In this document: piece after piece, positions 1 to 10,447 of the stretch
Numbering within the stretch: the stretch's first letter is position 1
Layout: each line of letters opens with the position of its first letter
DNA from: a virus
Lineage: Duplodnaviria; Heunggongvirae; Uroviricota; Caudoviricetes
DNA: 37,447 nt
Virus record (IMG/VR): IMGVR_UViG_2609459830_000021
Direction: 5' to 3' (one strand)
Translations under genes and position numbers: made by a program
Notes under the pieces: generated by a model
Database searches by the model: none
Seen by the model: only the letters and a program-made list of their open reading frames with translations
What the model was told of the DNA's origin: nothing

Positions 1-876
1 TCAGAAATGGCAGACAAACTCCGTCCTCTGTATATAGCGCTGAATGACTATGTTCTGGAGGCAGGAAAGGTGCACGCAGATGACACTCCGGTGAAAGTAC
101 TGGCCCCGGGGAACGGAAAGACGAAAACGGGTCGTCTGTGGGTATACGTCAGGGATGATCGTAATGCGGGTTCATTCCTGCCGGCAGCCGTCTGGTTCGC
201 GTATTCGGCAGATCGCAAAGGAGAACATCCGCAGCTCCACCTGGCAAAGTATCAGGGCGTACTGCAGGCTGATGCCTATGCAGGTTATAACGTACTGTAC
301 GAAACGGGCCGGGTGAAGGAAGCCGGGTGCCTGGCCCACGCCCGCCGAAAAATCCATGACGAGGATGTGCGCCGTCCGACAGAAATGACTCAGGAAGCGC
401 TCAGACGGATAGCAGAGTTATACGACATAGAAGCGGAGATACGTGGCAGTCCGGCAGAGGAACGGCTTGCAGTCAGAAAAGCCAGAAGCGTCCAGTTGAT
501 GCAGTCGTTGTACGACTGGATACAGTTGCAGAGGAAAACGCTGTCGAAACATGCGGAGATGGCGAAGGCGTTCGACTATATCCTGAATCACTGGAATGCG
601 CTGAACGAGTTCTGTCGTGACGGCTGGGTGGAAATAGACAACAACATCGGTGAAAACGCGTTACGATCGGTGGCGGTTGGAAGAAAAAATTATCTCTTCT
701 TCGGCTCAGACAAGGGGGGAGAAAGTGCGGCGATCATCTACAGTCTGCTGGTCACCTGTAAACTGAACGAAGTGGAGCCGGAGAACTGGTTGCGCGAAGT
801 GATCGTGAAGCTCAATGACTGGCCGTCAAACCGTGTGCATGAACTGCTGCCCTGGAACTGCTCAACTGTAAAATAA
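1..876 (+). CDS. IS66-family transposase, C-terminal portion (5' end outside window)
   Basis: Frame of ORF 7..876 is open from base 1; protein ends ...[14 protein letters not shown], recalled as typical of IS66/ISEc8-type transposases. Confidence 0.8.
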   Translation, partial: SEMADKLRPLYIALNDYVLEAGKVHADDTPVKVLAPGNGKTKTGRLWVYVRDDRNAGSFLPAAVWFAYSADRKGEHPQLHLAKYQGVLQADAYAGYNVLYETGRVKEAGCLAHARRKIHDEDVRRPTEMTQEALRRIAELYDIEAEIRGSPAEERLAVRKARSVQLMQSLYDWIQLQRKTLSKHAEMAKAFDYILNHWNALNEFCRDGWVEIDNNIGENALRSVAVGRKNYLFFGSDKGGESAAIIYSLLVTCKLNEVEPENWLREVIVKLNDWPSNRVHELLPWNCSTVK

Positions 877-908
877 TCCTTACGCTACGTACTTCTCGGG
901 GCGCTTAC
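1..908 (+). mobile_element. IS66-family insertion sequence, right-hand part (element continues beyond window start)
   Basis: C-terminal 289 aa of an IS66-type transposase (ORF 7..876) followed at 878-908 by a terminus whose reverse complement reads GTAAGCGCCCCGAG, the GTAAGCG-type end of IS66-family inverted repeats; exact boundary judged by eye. Confidence 0.75.
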
Positions 909-1245
909 CATTATTCTGTATCTGCCGGAAATCTGTCAGCAGTTCTCCGGGTATGCTAACCTCAACAAGACTGCGGCGTAACAGCATATTGAGCGTCACC
1001 GTACTTTCGGTCCCCTCAATACGCACACGTCCGTAGACAGCAGTCTTCCCTTTCACCGTCACCGAAACCGCATACTCCCCCGGATCCATCGTCATTCCGT
1101 AATATCCACCTTCACGGGTCACTGCCGACGCACTGGTGCCGCTGAGCGCATCCGGTGAAACTGTCAGCGCCGTCAGGGTAATATTTGCTCCTGATATCGC
1201 CTCACCATCAGGAGATTTCAGCGTCCCCGAAACAACAACACTCAC
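909..1245 (-). pseudogene. stf: side tail fibre gene, N-terminal fragment truncated by the IS66 insertion
   Basis: ORF 880..1245 starts MSVVVSGTLKSPDGEAISGANITL, matching the pattern of the lambda Stf N-terminus (MAVKISGVLKDGTGKPVQNCTIQL, from memory); reading frame runs straight into the IS end at ~908. Confidence 0.6.
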
Positions 1246-1892
1246 ACTCCACCTCCGTTAAACACTTTTTTACGGGCAGACAATGCACTGTCTGCCCCCT
1301 GTTTGATCCCAAGTTGCTCAACAAAACTCTGATAATGCTGCGCAGCCAGCCCCGATTCTGCGCCACCGGCAGCATCCTTACTGAAAGCGCGAAACAACAT
1401 CCACTCCACCAGTGGGTTAACATAAGCCTCTTCCAGTGGAACTGGCGTATCATCGTCCTGCGTCAGAACATACTCTGCCTCCGGTATCCGGCTTACCACT
1501 GCATCAATACTTATCTCTTTGTCAGGAGCAGGAAACAGCCAGAATACGCGCGGGGACAGGTCGTTGCTGATAAAACATTCAGGAATACCCTTCATTGTGG
1601 GCCACTCAGGATACTGCGCATCCAGCACCTCCCGGGATAATGGTCTGACTGCACTACCGTCACTGAGGCATATCACGTCAAGAAGTTGTATTACACCATC
1701 GGGCAAAACCTGACGGGCGCCAGGAACACAACTGATTGTTTCCAGGCTTGCGCCAGCATCCGGTCTCGCCAGAATCACTGCCCTCACAGCATCATTGTAA
1801 TAATCGCACAATTCCTGCAGGGGCCAGCGAACCATCATCGGGTCAACCAGTTGTGTATTCACACGTCCGATGATTTCTGTAATCGTCGTCAT
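1242..1892 (-). CDS. hypothetical virion/tail-associated protein (216 aa)
   Basis: ORF with ATG at 1892 overlapping upstream stop (ATGA-type coupling) and ending in ATGA overlap with stf start; position between head genes and tail fibre. Confidence 0.5.
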   Translation of the reverse strand: MTTITEIIGRVNTQLVDPMMVRWPLQELCDYYNDAVRAVILARPDAGASLETISCVPGARQVLPDGVIQLLDVICLSDGSAVRPLSREVLDAQYPEWPTMKGIPECFISNDLSPRVFWLFPAPDKEISIDAVVSRIPEAEYVLTQDDDTPVPLEEAYVNPLVEWMLFRAFSKDAAGGAESGLAAQHYQSFVEQLGIKQGADSALSARKKVFNGGGV

Positions 1893-2455
1893 CAGAAAAA
1901 CCTCTGCCTGCGTACAGGATTGCGGTATGAGGAGTACGGACTTGTCGCCAGTGTATCGCGATATGCCCGACGGATACCCTCAGAAAACTGCACAGAGAAA
2001 TACTGTGCACGCGACGGGTCTGACCATGAAACCCCGGTCTGCATAAACAACCGTTCAAGCGCCCCTGCTGCCACCTCTTCAGGCCATGCCCGCAGTTCAT
2101 CCGGCACCTGACGGCTCCCTGCTTTCGGAGCAATGGCATAAAGCACACTCACTTCTCCGGGCGAACAGGCAAAATGCATTACCCGCCCCGGGCGGATTTC
2201 CACATCATGACCGGCAAAAAGCTCACGCCCGTCAGCGAGGAGACGAATAATATGTACGCACTCTTCATTCTCCGCGTCATATGGCAGCACACAGTCCTCT
2301 CCGGCTGACGGTGACAACGTAGCCTCACGGCGGCACAACAGGGACTGACGGCAGAATGCCACTGCCGACATGGATAACGCATCCGTCATCATAATGCTCA
2401 GTGGACCGCTGATATGACGACGGACATAAGGCAAAAAATCAGTCAGTTCCGCCAT
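1892..2455 (-). CDS. hypothetical structural-module protein (187 aa from ATG 2455)
   Basis: ORF 1892..2515; first ATG with GGAGA upstream is at 2455 (MAELTDFLPY...); no family recognised. Confidence 0.45.
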   Translation of the reverse strand: MAELTDFLPYVRRHISGPLSIMMTDALSMSAVAFCRQSLLCRREATLSPSAGEDCVLPYDAENEECVHIIRLLADGRELFAGHDVEIRPGRVMHFACSPGEVSVLYAIAPKAGSRQVPDELRAWPEEVAAGALERLFMQTGVSWSDPSRAQYFSVQFSEGIRRAYRDTLATSPYSSYRNPVRRQRFF

Positions 2456-2900
2456 GTTGTTCAGTCTCCGCAACACGACGGCGAAATGCCTCACGCACAC
2501 GGATACGGAATGCATCAGCCGTTTCTTTCGGGTCTTTGTGAATATTCAGCTCTTCTGCCTCACACAACGTTGCCAGCCGTGCTGAGGTGAGCTTACTTAA
2601 ATCCACATTCTCTCCATTGACGGGAACAACAAAACTGCTCTCCGCTTCTTCCCGCGCGGCAAGCGCTCTTTCCTGTTCCTGCTGTGCCTGCCGCAACTGC
2701 CCATCCTGTTGTTGCTTTTTGAGCACACCATCAAGCTCTTCATGACGAATCCAGACTTCAGGAAAGGCCAGCAACTGCCAGGCGAGCGCACTGTCAACAT
2801 GCACCGGTTCAAGGCGCGGGAACAGTGTACGACTCCCGGTAAGGGTATCCTTTTTCACGGGTTTGGGGCCGATATAGACAACGGCAATTTTTTCGCTCAT
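2439..2900 (-). CDS. hypothetical structural-module protein (153 aa)
   Basis: ORF with ATG start, follows an intrinsic terminator; no family recognised. Confidence 0.45.
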   Translation of the reverse strand: MSEKIAVVYIGPKPVKKDTLTGSRTLFPRLEPVHVDSALAWQLLAFPEVWIRHEELDGVLKKQQQDGQLRQAQQEQERALAAREEAESSFVVPVNGENVDLSKLTSARLATLCEAEELNIHKDPKETADAFRIRVREAFRRRVAETEQHGGTD

Positions 2901-2913
2901 ATAATTCCCCGGA

Positions 2914-2937
2914 TAAAAAAGCCCGCATGACGCGGGC
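2914..2937 (-). terminator. Rho-independent terminator after capsid operon
   Basis: minus-strand reading gcccgcgtcatgcgggc followed by ttttttat. Confidence 0.6.
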
Positions 2938-2950
2938 CGGAAGGTTTATA

Positions 2951-3343
2951 TCAGTAACCCACCACGGTATAACGCAGCAGAACATTCAGGGTGCCGGTTG
3001 CAGCTGCTGTCTTAATGGTGACCGTAACCAGCTCTCCGTCACGCTGTGTGGTGTACGGCTCCACTGGCACATACTTGGTAAAGCTGGCAGTTACTGCACC
3101 ACTGTCACCAATGAGTTCATGTTCGCCAGATTTAACGCTGACAGTTGCTGTGCCGCCAAGTCCCTTGGTAGAAACCAGCTGTAACGCATTAATACGAACA
3201 CCGATCGGCAACGAAAGAAGATGAATAACACTGTCCGCTTCCGCAGCATTCACAGTAAACACACCTTCTGCCACCGACTCATTACCGTGCGTACCCGTAT
3301 AGACCCGTTCACTCAGTGACGGGGCAAGGATGGTCTTTGCCAT
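2951..3343 (-). CDS. hypothetical capsid-associated protein (130 aa)
   Basis: ORF immediately downstream of major capsid gene with AGGAG-type RBS; beta-rich composition suggests decoration or Ig-like protein (inference). Confidence 0.45.
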   Translation of the reverse strand: MAKTILAPSLSERVYTGTHGNESVAEGVFTVNAAEADSVIHLLSLPIGVRINALQLVSTKGLGGTATVSVKSGEHELIGDSGAVTASFTKYVPVEPYTTQRDGELVTVTIKTAAATGTLNVLLRYTVVGY

Positions 3344-3364
3344 AATTAATGACTCCTGAAAAAG

Positions 3365-3390
3365 CCGGGCGATAACCCGGCATGAGGAAA
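3365..3390 (-). terminator. hairpin plus U-tract (attenuator) downstream of major capsid gene
   Basis: minus-strand gccgggttatcgcccggc followed by tttttcagg. Confidence 0.45.
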
Positions 3391-3397
3391 GGAAAAA

Positions 3398-4612
3398 TCA
3401 GAGCTTCACTGCGGTATCAACAGCAATCACACCGTGATCCTGCATCCTGCCGCTCTTCTCCGGGAAACGGATTTTTTTCAGACCGTTGATCCAGCTGATT
3501 GCTATCTCAGTACGGTTATCCATATCCGTTTTCTTCTCAACCATGTTGAAGTGACCGCCGCCCTTCTGACCGTACGCATTCGCCAGTGCCTGAGCACCCA
3601 GCAGCATGGCGCGGTCAATGTTGGTTGCGGCCTGCTTCTCTTCTGTGGTTGCCGTCAGGTCGTTTTTCGATACCAGAACCTTTGACCCCTGATAGAAACG
3701 GATCGGCATCCCCGCATACTTGCGGACCAGGATATTGCGCCACATCGCACATTCGCCTTTGAACAACGGATGATTAAACCCTTTTGAACGGTTCACGGCA
3801 CGCGTCATCATCTGGTTCCAGTCCTTGCCGGAAGTTGAGGTGTACCAGTCATTCCACTGACGCGGCGTAACGTACAGGACGTAATACGGATCTTCGCCAT
3901 GCAGTTCATCTCCGGACAGACGCACCGGCTGTAACGGATGGGCCATCTCGTCAATAAACAGCGAGAGATTATCGACCAGCCCAAGGGTGAACAGGTCTGA
4001 CTGATCAATACCGTCAAAACTCGTCGCATCACCACCAAAAAAATGACGGTCATACGTCGGCGGCAGTACGTCGTTGATCATGATTTTTTTGAATTCAGGG
4101 TGATCTGCCGTTGGCAGAATGGTGTCGTCAGCAACAAAATCACCGCGGGCACCGGCAAGATGCACTATCGCACACTGGTCCTGCAGGTCGTTAAAGTACG
4201 TACCCAGCAGCGTTCTGGCAGAGGATGCCAGGTTGAACTTCGTACGCTGCTGGCTCATACGTCCGCCCGCATCCACCAGGTGACGGCCCTGATTAATTTT
4301 CAGGGAAAAATCAGCATGGCTGAGGTCTTCACCACGGCCTTCAACGCGCTCATCCCCCATCGTCGGACGTTTAGAGAGTTTGTGCATGATGCTGAACGTC
4401 ACTTCATCACCGGCCTGTTTGTTGAGGTCAGTGATCCGTACAACCGGCGCACCCGCGCTGGTCTGCTTCGTGCTTTGCTTGTCCGGCGAAACCGCTTTTG
4501 GCGCTTCCTGCTGTTCAGTGAGGATATTGACCATCGAGCGGTTGCGGTTGGCAGCGGTAAAAAGCGCCACCTGATACAGCTTATTCGCCTGGGCTGATGT
4601 TACAGTCGTCAT
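3398..4612 (-). CDS. major capsid protein (404 aa)
   Basis: size and position after scaffold gene; protein composition typical of HK97-fold coat proteins; ATG at 4612. Confidence 0.7.
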   Translation of the reverse strand: MTTVTSAQANKLYQVALFTAANRNRSMVNILTEQQEAPKAVSPDKQSTKQTSAGAPVVRITDLNKQAGDEVTFSIMHKLSKRPTMGDERVEGRGEDLSHADFSLKINQGRHLVDAGGRMSQQRTKFNLASSARTLLGTYFNDLQDQCAIVHLAGARGDFVADDTILPTADHPEFKKIMINDVLPPTYDRHFFGGDATSFDGIDQSDLFTLGLVDNLSLFIDEMAHPLQPVRLSGDELHGEDPYYVLYVTPRQWNDWYTSTSGKDWNQMMTRAVNRSKGFNHPLFKGECAMWRNILVRKYAGMPIRFYQGSKVLVSKNDLTATTEEKQAATNIDRAMLLGAQALANAYGQKGGGHFNMVEKKTDMDNRTEIAISWINGLKKIRFPEKSGRMQDHGVIAVDTAVKL

Positions 4613-4635
4613 TACTTCAGTTCTCCTTCAGTAAG

Positions 4636-5643
4636 TTACCCGAGCTTCTCCAGAAGCGCGTCTATTTCAGCATTCGTCATACCGCGCATAATCGCCTCTG
4701 CCTCTGAATGAGAAGCACCAAGTAACCGTTCAAAATTATCACCGGTTCCGACGGAAGCCGTGTTGCCAAGCTCTGACGGGGAAGCAGGCACTGCCATCTC
4801 CCGTTCAGCGGCTTTCACTTTTTCTTCCGCCGTTTTCCGGATATCCGTGTTGTCTGCCTTGTCATCAGAAGGCGGCTCACTGGCTTCACCGAAAGCGAGC
4901 TGCGTACGGCGGGCCACTTCGGCGAAACGTTCAGTGAGCGGTTTGTCTTTCCATGCGGGGTCATTCTGGAGCTTCCCGTCGATGGATACGGCAACCGAGA
5001 AGCGATCCGGATCGGAGTTCTGCCACGTTTTCAGCACCGGCACGTCATTCATTGCATCAAGAACCGGTGATAAATCCTCACCACCATGACCTTCTGCCTG
5101 CTGTGCTGATTGCTGAACACGGGACTGGAGATAGTTATTTTTACGGATAAGCGAAGCCACCGCGTCGCCAATTTCCGGATACATCTCCCTGATACGGGCA
5201 ATCTTCTCATCAGAGATTTTTTCGTTTTCCGGTAACGGTGCGGGTTTCATACCGGCCTGGTGGATCTGAGACGTCAGCAGTTCAACCAGGCGTTTTTCTT
5301 CGGCTATCTGTCCCCGAAGAAGTGCGGCTTCCTGTTCGGCCCGCTGCTTACCGGAACGTTCAGCCTCAAGGACTTCATAGGGAATGACGTGTTTACCATC
5401 GCGGGTGAGCACACCCTTCGCCTCCGGCTCCTTCACGTCCTGCGTCTGCTCAGCACTGGCATCCGGCGTCGGTGCCGCAGTGTTATCGCCCGTCTGTGTC
5501 TGTGCTGCCTCATCCGCATGATTTTCTGTGGCGGCCTCTGTCACGCCGTCCTGTTCGTGACCGTCAATATCCACATCTCCAAGCCCTTCCAGCATTTTTT
5601 CCAGTTGTTCCGGGGTTTCTTCACCCGTAAATTCAAAATCCAT
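4636..5643 (-). CDS. scaffolding protein (335 aa)
   Basis: acidic, low-complexity, coiled-coil-rich protein between portal and capsid genes. Confidence 0.6.
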   Translation of the reverse strand: MDFEFTGEETPEQLEKMLEGLGDVDIDGHEQDGVTEAATENHADEAAQTQTGDNTAAPTPDASAEQTQDVKEPEAKGVLTRDGKHVIPYEVLEAERSGKQRAEQEAALLRGQIAEEKRLVELLTSQIHQAGMKPAPLPENEKISDEKIARIREMYPEIGDAVASLIRKNNYLQSRVQQSAQQAEGHGGEDLSPVLDAMNDVPVLKTWQNSDPDRFSVAVSIDGKLQNDPAWKDKPLTERFAEVARRTQLAFGEASEPPSDDKADNTDIRKTAEEKVKAAEREMAVPASPSELGNTASVGTGDNFERLLGASHSEAEAIMRGMTNAEIDALLEKLG

Positions 5644-5756
5644 AAATAACTCCGCATGGTCTGTTTATCGGACAGATCCGAATGGTTGAGTAAATAAGGC
5701 TTATCGCTGCCCCCGCGAATAAGCGCACCGCTCCCGGAACGCTTATCTCCGGAGAC

Positions 5757-5784
5757 AAAAAACCCCGTACGATGACGGGGTTCC
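5757..5784 (-). terminator. hairpin plus U-tract between portal and scaffold genes
   Basis: minus-strand ccccgtcatcgtacgggg followed by ttttttgtc. Confidence 0.4.
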
Positions 5785-5800
5785 GTTAAGTTCAGGATAT

Positions 5801-7945
5801 TCATAGCGGCAATTCATGCATCCGCTGTTGTAGTGTATGTAGCATCTGTTGCTGAAGAGCTTCCTGCTCCTGTTCCATATTCTGTATGCCGGTAATGATT
5901 TCTGCCGTATGCGCCTGGTTGAGCGCATCCACATAACGCTGTCCCTGTGCCGCGGCGACATCCCGTTGTGCGCCAGCATTATCCCGTTGCGCAGCTGCCT
6001 GTGCCCTGGCAGCTTCTGCTTCCAGTTTAGCCACCCGGCCTGCCATTTCGCGCATCTGCAGTTCCTGTTGTTGCTGCTCCTGGGCCTGTTGCTGCTGAGC
6101 GGCCTGCTGCTCTTCCGGGGTCATCTCATCCGGTGATTTTGGTGTCCCCAGCGCCGCACGAATACGTTCGACAAATTCCTGTTTCTGCGGCACATCCAGA
6201 AGGTTAACCCACAGGTCGAGCACGACGGCCTGCACCTGAGGTGGCAGCCCCTGAATAACCTCTGACATTCGCTGTGCAAGCTGTGCCTTAAACGCCGGTG
6301 TCTGCTGAACAGGAGCCAGCGCAATATGTGTATTTAACCTTGAAATATCATTGGTCAGTTCACCATTATCACCTTCAGCATTGAGAACAATGGTCTGGCG
6401 ACGCTGGCGATCATCACGATTAATCACCACCGCATGATTACGCCGCTTTTTCAGGCCATCGAGAAGATAAGCGAGCAACAGCCTTCCCACCTGCTGGCAG
6501 GCAAACTGGTAGTTATCGTTGATTTCGGCAAGGGTTGTGGCTCCCTGCTCCACCAGGTTGCTGATCGCCACGCCGGACGATGCATTTGAATCCTGCCCGA
6601 GAAATGCGGAATAAACCCCCATCGTGTCCTGGATAAGTTTTTCCGACTCCTGCATGACCTGAAACTGCTGGCTGGCAACCTGAAAATCCTGTTCAACCCG
6701 GAAAACATCAGCAACGCTTTTCTGATTTTTTCGGGCCGGATTCAGTTTAATAATGCCATCCGGACGCTCGATCTGCTCCATCAGCTCGTTGTCTGACAAC
6801 TGGGTGGCATCCTCGTCCATAATCACGCGTTTGGCCTGAAGCAACCACGTCAGTTTTATACGACGAAAATTCACCTCATCCTGTGCCGGAATGGCCCGGG
6901 AAATCAGCCCGTAAGGCTCCCCGGTTTTATCCTTCCGGTATCCCCAGAAGGGAACCAGCGGGAACATCCCCTGCGGCGCACTGCAGGGGCGATCCACAAT
7001 AAAGTGCGGTCCCACAAACCAGGCTTCACGAATACGACTTACCCGCCCGACTCTCACCTGCACCCGCCCGGATGCCACAGCCACCGCATGCATCAGATTA
7101 TTTTTATCAAAGGCCACCACCCGTCCATTACTGAGTTCAATCACCGGAAGACGCTCGAATGTACGGTAATAAACCACCTGAAGCAGCACACGACGGCGTT
7201 CACGCTGAAGCCATTCGTTCTCCTTACGATCCCATGACTGATACTCTTCCCATGCACTCATCAACGGACTGGGCTGGCCTTCAGTAACCGTGGTATCGAC
7301 AAAACCACGCCAGTCATCAATGGCATAATCGATAACCTGAGCCATTCCCGGGAATGTGGCTTTTGCCTCATCGGTATCCATCCAGCGGCGGCGCATCAGC
7401 CAGCGGCAGTCACTTAAATCAGCTTCCCGGCTGAGCCAGTCCCAGAACACTTCATTCCGGCTGACAGTAGACACCTTAAACTCAGGCCCGAACGGATCGC
7501 TGTTCCGTCTGACCTCCACCCAGCTGAGCCCCGCCTTGATTTGTTCCGCATAGGCATCAGAGCGGGCTTTATTCATATTGCCAAGGCGGCATGCATCGGC
7601 AAATTCAGCATTAATAGCTTCAGCCAGTTTTTCAGTTTCATCATCTGGCTCGTCTGACATCACCACCAGATCAGTCCGCGTTTTGGCCTCCATACCCAGA
7701 ACACCATCAACGGTAGGCGCGATGAGGTTATGGATGGTCATCGGCTGACCGCGATCTTTCAGTACCTGAAGAACTTCTGGTGGCAACTGGTCACCATCGT
7801 AATACGCACAGGCCTTGTTTGCGGCATCGCGCCATTTAGGCTGACTGTCAATATCAGAACAAAGCGCCTGTAACTGGCGCTGAGAAAAACGCGGCGTGGC
7901 TCCGTTGTCGTTTTTCGTCGCCATGGTATTAGTTTCATTTTTCAT
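5801..7945 (-). CDS. portal protein (714 aa)
   Basis: large protein directly downstream of terminase large subunit with stop/start overlap, Q/A-rich C-terminal tail; typical portal size for P22-like or 933W-like head modules. Confidence 0.7.
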   Translation of the reverse strand: MKNETNTMATKNDNGATPRFSQRQLQALCSDIDSQPKWRDAANKACAYYDGDQLPPEVLQVLKDRGQPMTIHNLIAPTVDGVLGMEAKTRTDLVVMSDEPDDETEKLAEAINAEFADACRLGNMNKARSDAYAEQIKAGLSWVEVRRNSDPFGPEFKVSTVSRNEVFWDWLSREADLSDCRWLMRRRWMDTDEAKATFPGMAQVIDYAIDDWRGFVDTTVTEGQPSPLMSAWEEYQSWDRKENEWLQRERRRVLLQVVYYRTFERLPVIELSNGRVVAFDKNNLMHAVAVASGRVQVRVGRVSRIREAWFVGPHFIVDRPCSAPQGMFPLVPFWGYRKDKTGEPYGLISRAIPAQDEVNFRRIKLTWLLQAKRVIMDEDATQLSDNELMEQIERPDGIIKLNPARKNQKSVADVFRVEQDFQVASQQFQVMQESEKLIQDTMGVYSAFLGQDSNASSGVAISNLVEQGATTLAEINDNYQFACQQVGRLLLAYLLDGLKKRRNHAVVINRDDRQRRQTIVLNAEGDNGELTNDISRLNTHIALAPVQQTPAFKAQLAQRMSEVIQGLPPQVQAVVLDLWVNLLDVPQKQEFVERIRAALGTPKSPDEMTPEEQQAAQQQQAQEQQQQELQMREMAGRVAKLEAEAARAQAAAQRDNAGAQRDVAAAQGQRYVDALNQAHTAEIITGIQNMEQEQEALQQQMLHTLQQRMHELPL

Positions 7946-9651
7946 CAGTGAGCCATCCAGTGTGTGGTTCTGCGTTTATCCGTTTTCTGTCTTACCCTCA
8001 CCGGCATTCTGGCGCGCATCTCCTGGGCAATCATGTAGCTCATAAGCTGATCATCAAAACAGCCTTCCTGTGCATTCATGGAGCCTTTCGCGTCATAAAC
8101 GTAGGTGTTCATTTCTGATAATGTGCCCGTCCAGCGGATCCCCGACAGGCCGTTATTCAGCAGCGTTTTCATTCCCTCAGTCAGGACCGGTTTACTCTGG
8201 CGGGTTGTCAGCCAGCCAAGACGGGGCGTATCGTCGTCATATGCCTGGTCAAGGTGCTGTTCGTTGTAGATATAACGCATCGGATAGAGTTCCCGGAGTT
8301 TCAGGATAACGGCATGTCCGTGATTGTTACGCTCCGGCCCCACAAACGCGTTGTTGTACATACGGCAGACCTGCGCAATGAGATGAGCGAAAAGCTCCGC
8401 ATCGAGATGACCAAACCAGTGGGCTACCTGCTCACCATTACTACATCTGATGATATCCAGCGATGAGCGGTCTCCGTGCTCCAGCCCCTCAGCGGTATCC
8501 GCTCCGCATACATACTCTTCATCCGGATCCGGTAGCTCCCAGACCAGCAGATAATTCATCAGCGTCCGGTGCTGTTCGGCTTTATTCCCGTCACGCAGAG
8601 ACTGCGCTTTGGTCTTCGTTCCTGTAACCGGTTCAATGTCATAAACAATCAGCGGTGGCGAACAGAATGACTCTGCCTGCAGCGTGCTTTCCGCACTGAA
8701 CACCCGTCGTCCGGACGTCAGAAACGCCTCCTGTGGTGTTGAGGGAAACTCCTGCTTCATTTCCTCACGCTGTTCAGTTTCCTTGCAGATGTACCAGTGT
8801 TTCTGCTCATCGGTAAGCGTGATGTTCATTGCTTTTTCAACCGCAGAAAAATACGCTGTTTTTTCCCGTGACAGCTTAAGTCCGCTTTCCGGCACTCTGG
8901 CGCTGTATTTGAGATCCTGCCACCAGGCGTAAAAATGGAATTTATAATCCTGTGGCGTCAGCGCCAGCCCTGATGCAGTGATTTCCTGTGCCCGGTTACT
9001 CATCTCGTAAAAATCGCCACCCACACCTTCAGCAGTGGATTCATCAAAAATAATGCACTCATCAGAGACGGCATTAAGTGTACCGGTTCGCAGCTCTTTC
9101 GCCTTAGCCGGATATTTTGCGCAAATTTTGCCGTGCTCTGAGATATGCAGGCGCTGCACCGTACCTGAACGGAATGAGGTTGCCACCTGGATACTCGAGC
9201 CGTGCCCAAACAGGATATAGCCACCGCTGGCTCCGCTACGACGTTCAACGATGGTGAATGAGGCTCTCAGCCAGTCAGGAAGATGATCGAACGGTACAGC
9301 AATTTTGGTGCGGAAAATTTCACTGGCAGCCTGTTTATCCTGAGCGACAATCCCGCATTTGAGATGCGGTATGAATAATGCCTGGTCGAGAAGATAAATA
9401 TCAATGGCCGTGGAAAACCCCAGCTGGCGTGCTTTCAGGATAATATTTTTATTGTGCATGCTCCGGAACAACTGGCGCTGCGCCGGTCGCATTCTGAAGG
9501 TGACCAGCTCACCTTTTTCGTTCTGTATCTTGTAGAGATGATTGAGCCGCCACCAGGGATTGCTCAGTTTAGTCATGATGAACAGACGTTGTTCGGCCTC
9601 TGTCATTTCTGACGGTTCATCACATCGCGGTTCATTCTTCCGGAATGTCAT
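7945..9651 (-). CDS. terL: terminase large subunit (568 aa)
   Basis: size, position between small terminase and portal; ATPase/nuclease-type composition; overlaps TerS stop. Confidence 0.75.
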   Translation of the reverse strand: MTFRKNEPRCDEPSEMTEAEQRLFIMTKLSNPWWRLNHLYKIQNEKGELVTFRMRPAQRQLFRSMHNKNIILKARQLGFSTAIDIYLLDQALFIPHLKCGIVAQDKQAASEIFRTKIAVPFDHLPDWLRASFTIVERRSGASGGYILFGHGSSIQVATSFRSGTVQRLHISEHGKICAKYPAKAKELRTGTLNAVSDECIIFDESTAEGVGGDFYEMSNRAQEITASGLALTPQDYKFHFYAWWQDLKYSARVPESGLKLSREKTAYFSAVEKAMNITLTDEQKHWYICKETEQREEMKQEFPSTPQEAFLTSGRRVFSAESTLQAESFCSPPLIVYDIEPVTGTKTKAQSLRDGNKAEQHRTLMNYLLVWELPDPDEEYVCGADTAEGLEHGDRSSLDIIRCSNGEQVAHWFGHLDAELFAHLIAQVCRMYNNAFVGPERNNHGHAVILKLRELYPMRYIYNEQHLDQAYDDDTPRLGWLTTRQSKPVLTEGMKTLLNNGLSGIRWTGTLSEMNTYVYDAKGSMNAQEGCFDDQLMSYMIAQEMRARMPVRVRQKTDKRRTTHWMAH

Positions 9652-10447
9652 CCAGTCTCCCCGAATTACTCATTTCATGCAGCGATGACACGATGTCACT
9701 GACAGGCGTAACAACGCCCCGACGCTGGCTGGTCAGAATATCGGTTTCCGCTCTGAGTTTATCTCTGGCAGCGTTGGTTCTTTCCCGGTCAGCACGAAGT
9801 TTTGGTGCTGTTTCAGCCAGAACGTCCAGCGTCAGCAATGAGCGTTCAATTGACTCGATACGGGCAATATTCCGGTCAAGAGCCTGTTCAGCTTTGAGTA
9901 TTTTGTCGTACAGAGCAACACGGGTTTCCACGTCAGCCGCCTCTTTCAGGTCGGCGAACATTTTTTTCAGTGTTCCTGTTACTGAAAGTGCGCGGGCCCG
10001 GGTAAACACCAGTTCATCGGCAAGTTCCATTCCGACTGCATCATCTATGAGGTTATCTGCCTCGAGATACTTCGCGTATCCACGGTGTCTGACGGCGTGG
10101 GTGTTACGCTGAGAAAAAGCATTTGAAGGTGGCAAAAGTCTGGAACCACGAGTCCGTTTCGTTTCTGCCAAATTTGCGCATTTTTCATCACAACCATCAT
10201 CGCCTGAAGGCTCGTCATGACTGGAGTTGCCGTCAGATTTCTGCGCACTTTTTTGATCATCAATTTGCGCATTTTTCTGCGCACTTTTCTCTGTATTTCT
10301 GGGGGAGTGTTTGCGCAGTTTAATGTACCGCCGAGCCGTGTCATAACTGATATTGTTCTGACGGCACCAGTCCTGAAGCTTTATGCCGGTTTTGACATGT
10401 TCGCGTCGAAATGCCTGCTCCAGCTTTTTCCAGTCCAGCTTTGCCAT
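9632..10447 (-). CDS. terS: terminase small subunit (271 aa)
   Basis: N-terminal HTH-like segment (NNISYDTARRYIK), coiled-coil C-terminal part, immediately upstream of TerL. Confidence 0.65.
   Translation of the reverse strand: MAKLDWKKLEQAFRREHVKTGIKLQDWCRQNNISYDTARRYIKLRKHSPRNTEKSAQKNAQIDDQKSAQKSDGNSSHDEPSGDDGCDEKCANLAETKRTRGSRLLPPSNAFSQRNTHAVRHRGYAKYLEADNLIDDAVGMELADELVFTRARALSVTGTLKKMFADLKEAADVETRVALYDKILKAEQALDRNIARIESIERSLLTLDVLAETAPKLRADRERTNAARDKLRAETDILTSQRRGVVTPVSDIVSSLHEMSNSGRLDDIPEE

Noticed and set aside
1185-1640. Opposite-strand and overlapping ORFs from the six-frame track inside well-supported genes (for example 1185..1640, 2597..2812, 5849..6136, 9645..10112, 11889..12287, 24391..24942, 33045..33491, 34485..34824)
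   Set aside because: They lie antisense to or out of frame with genes that have recognisable family signatures and coupled starts; no independent RBS or conservation evidence
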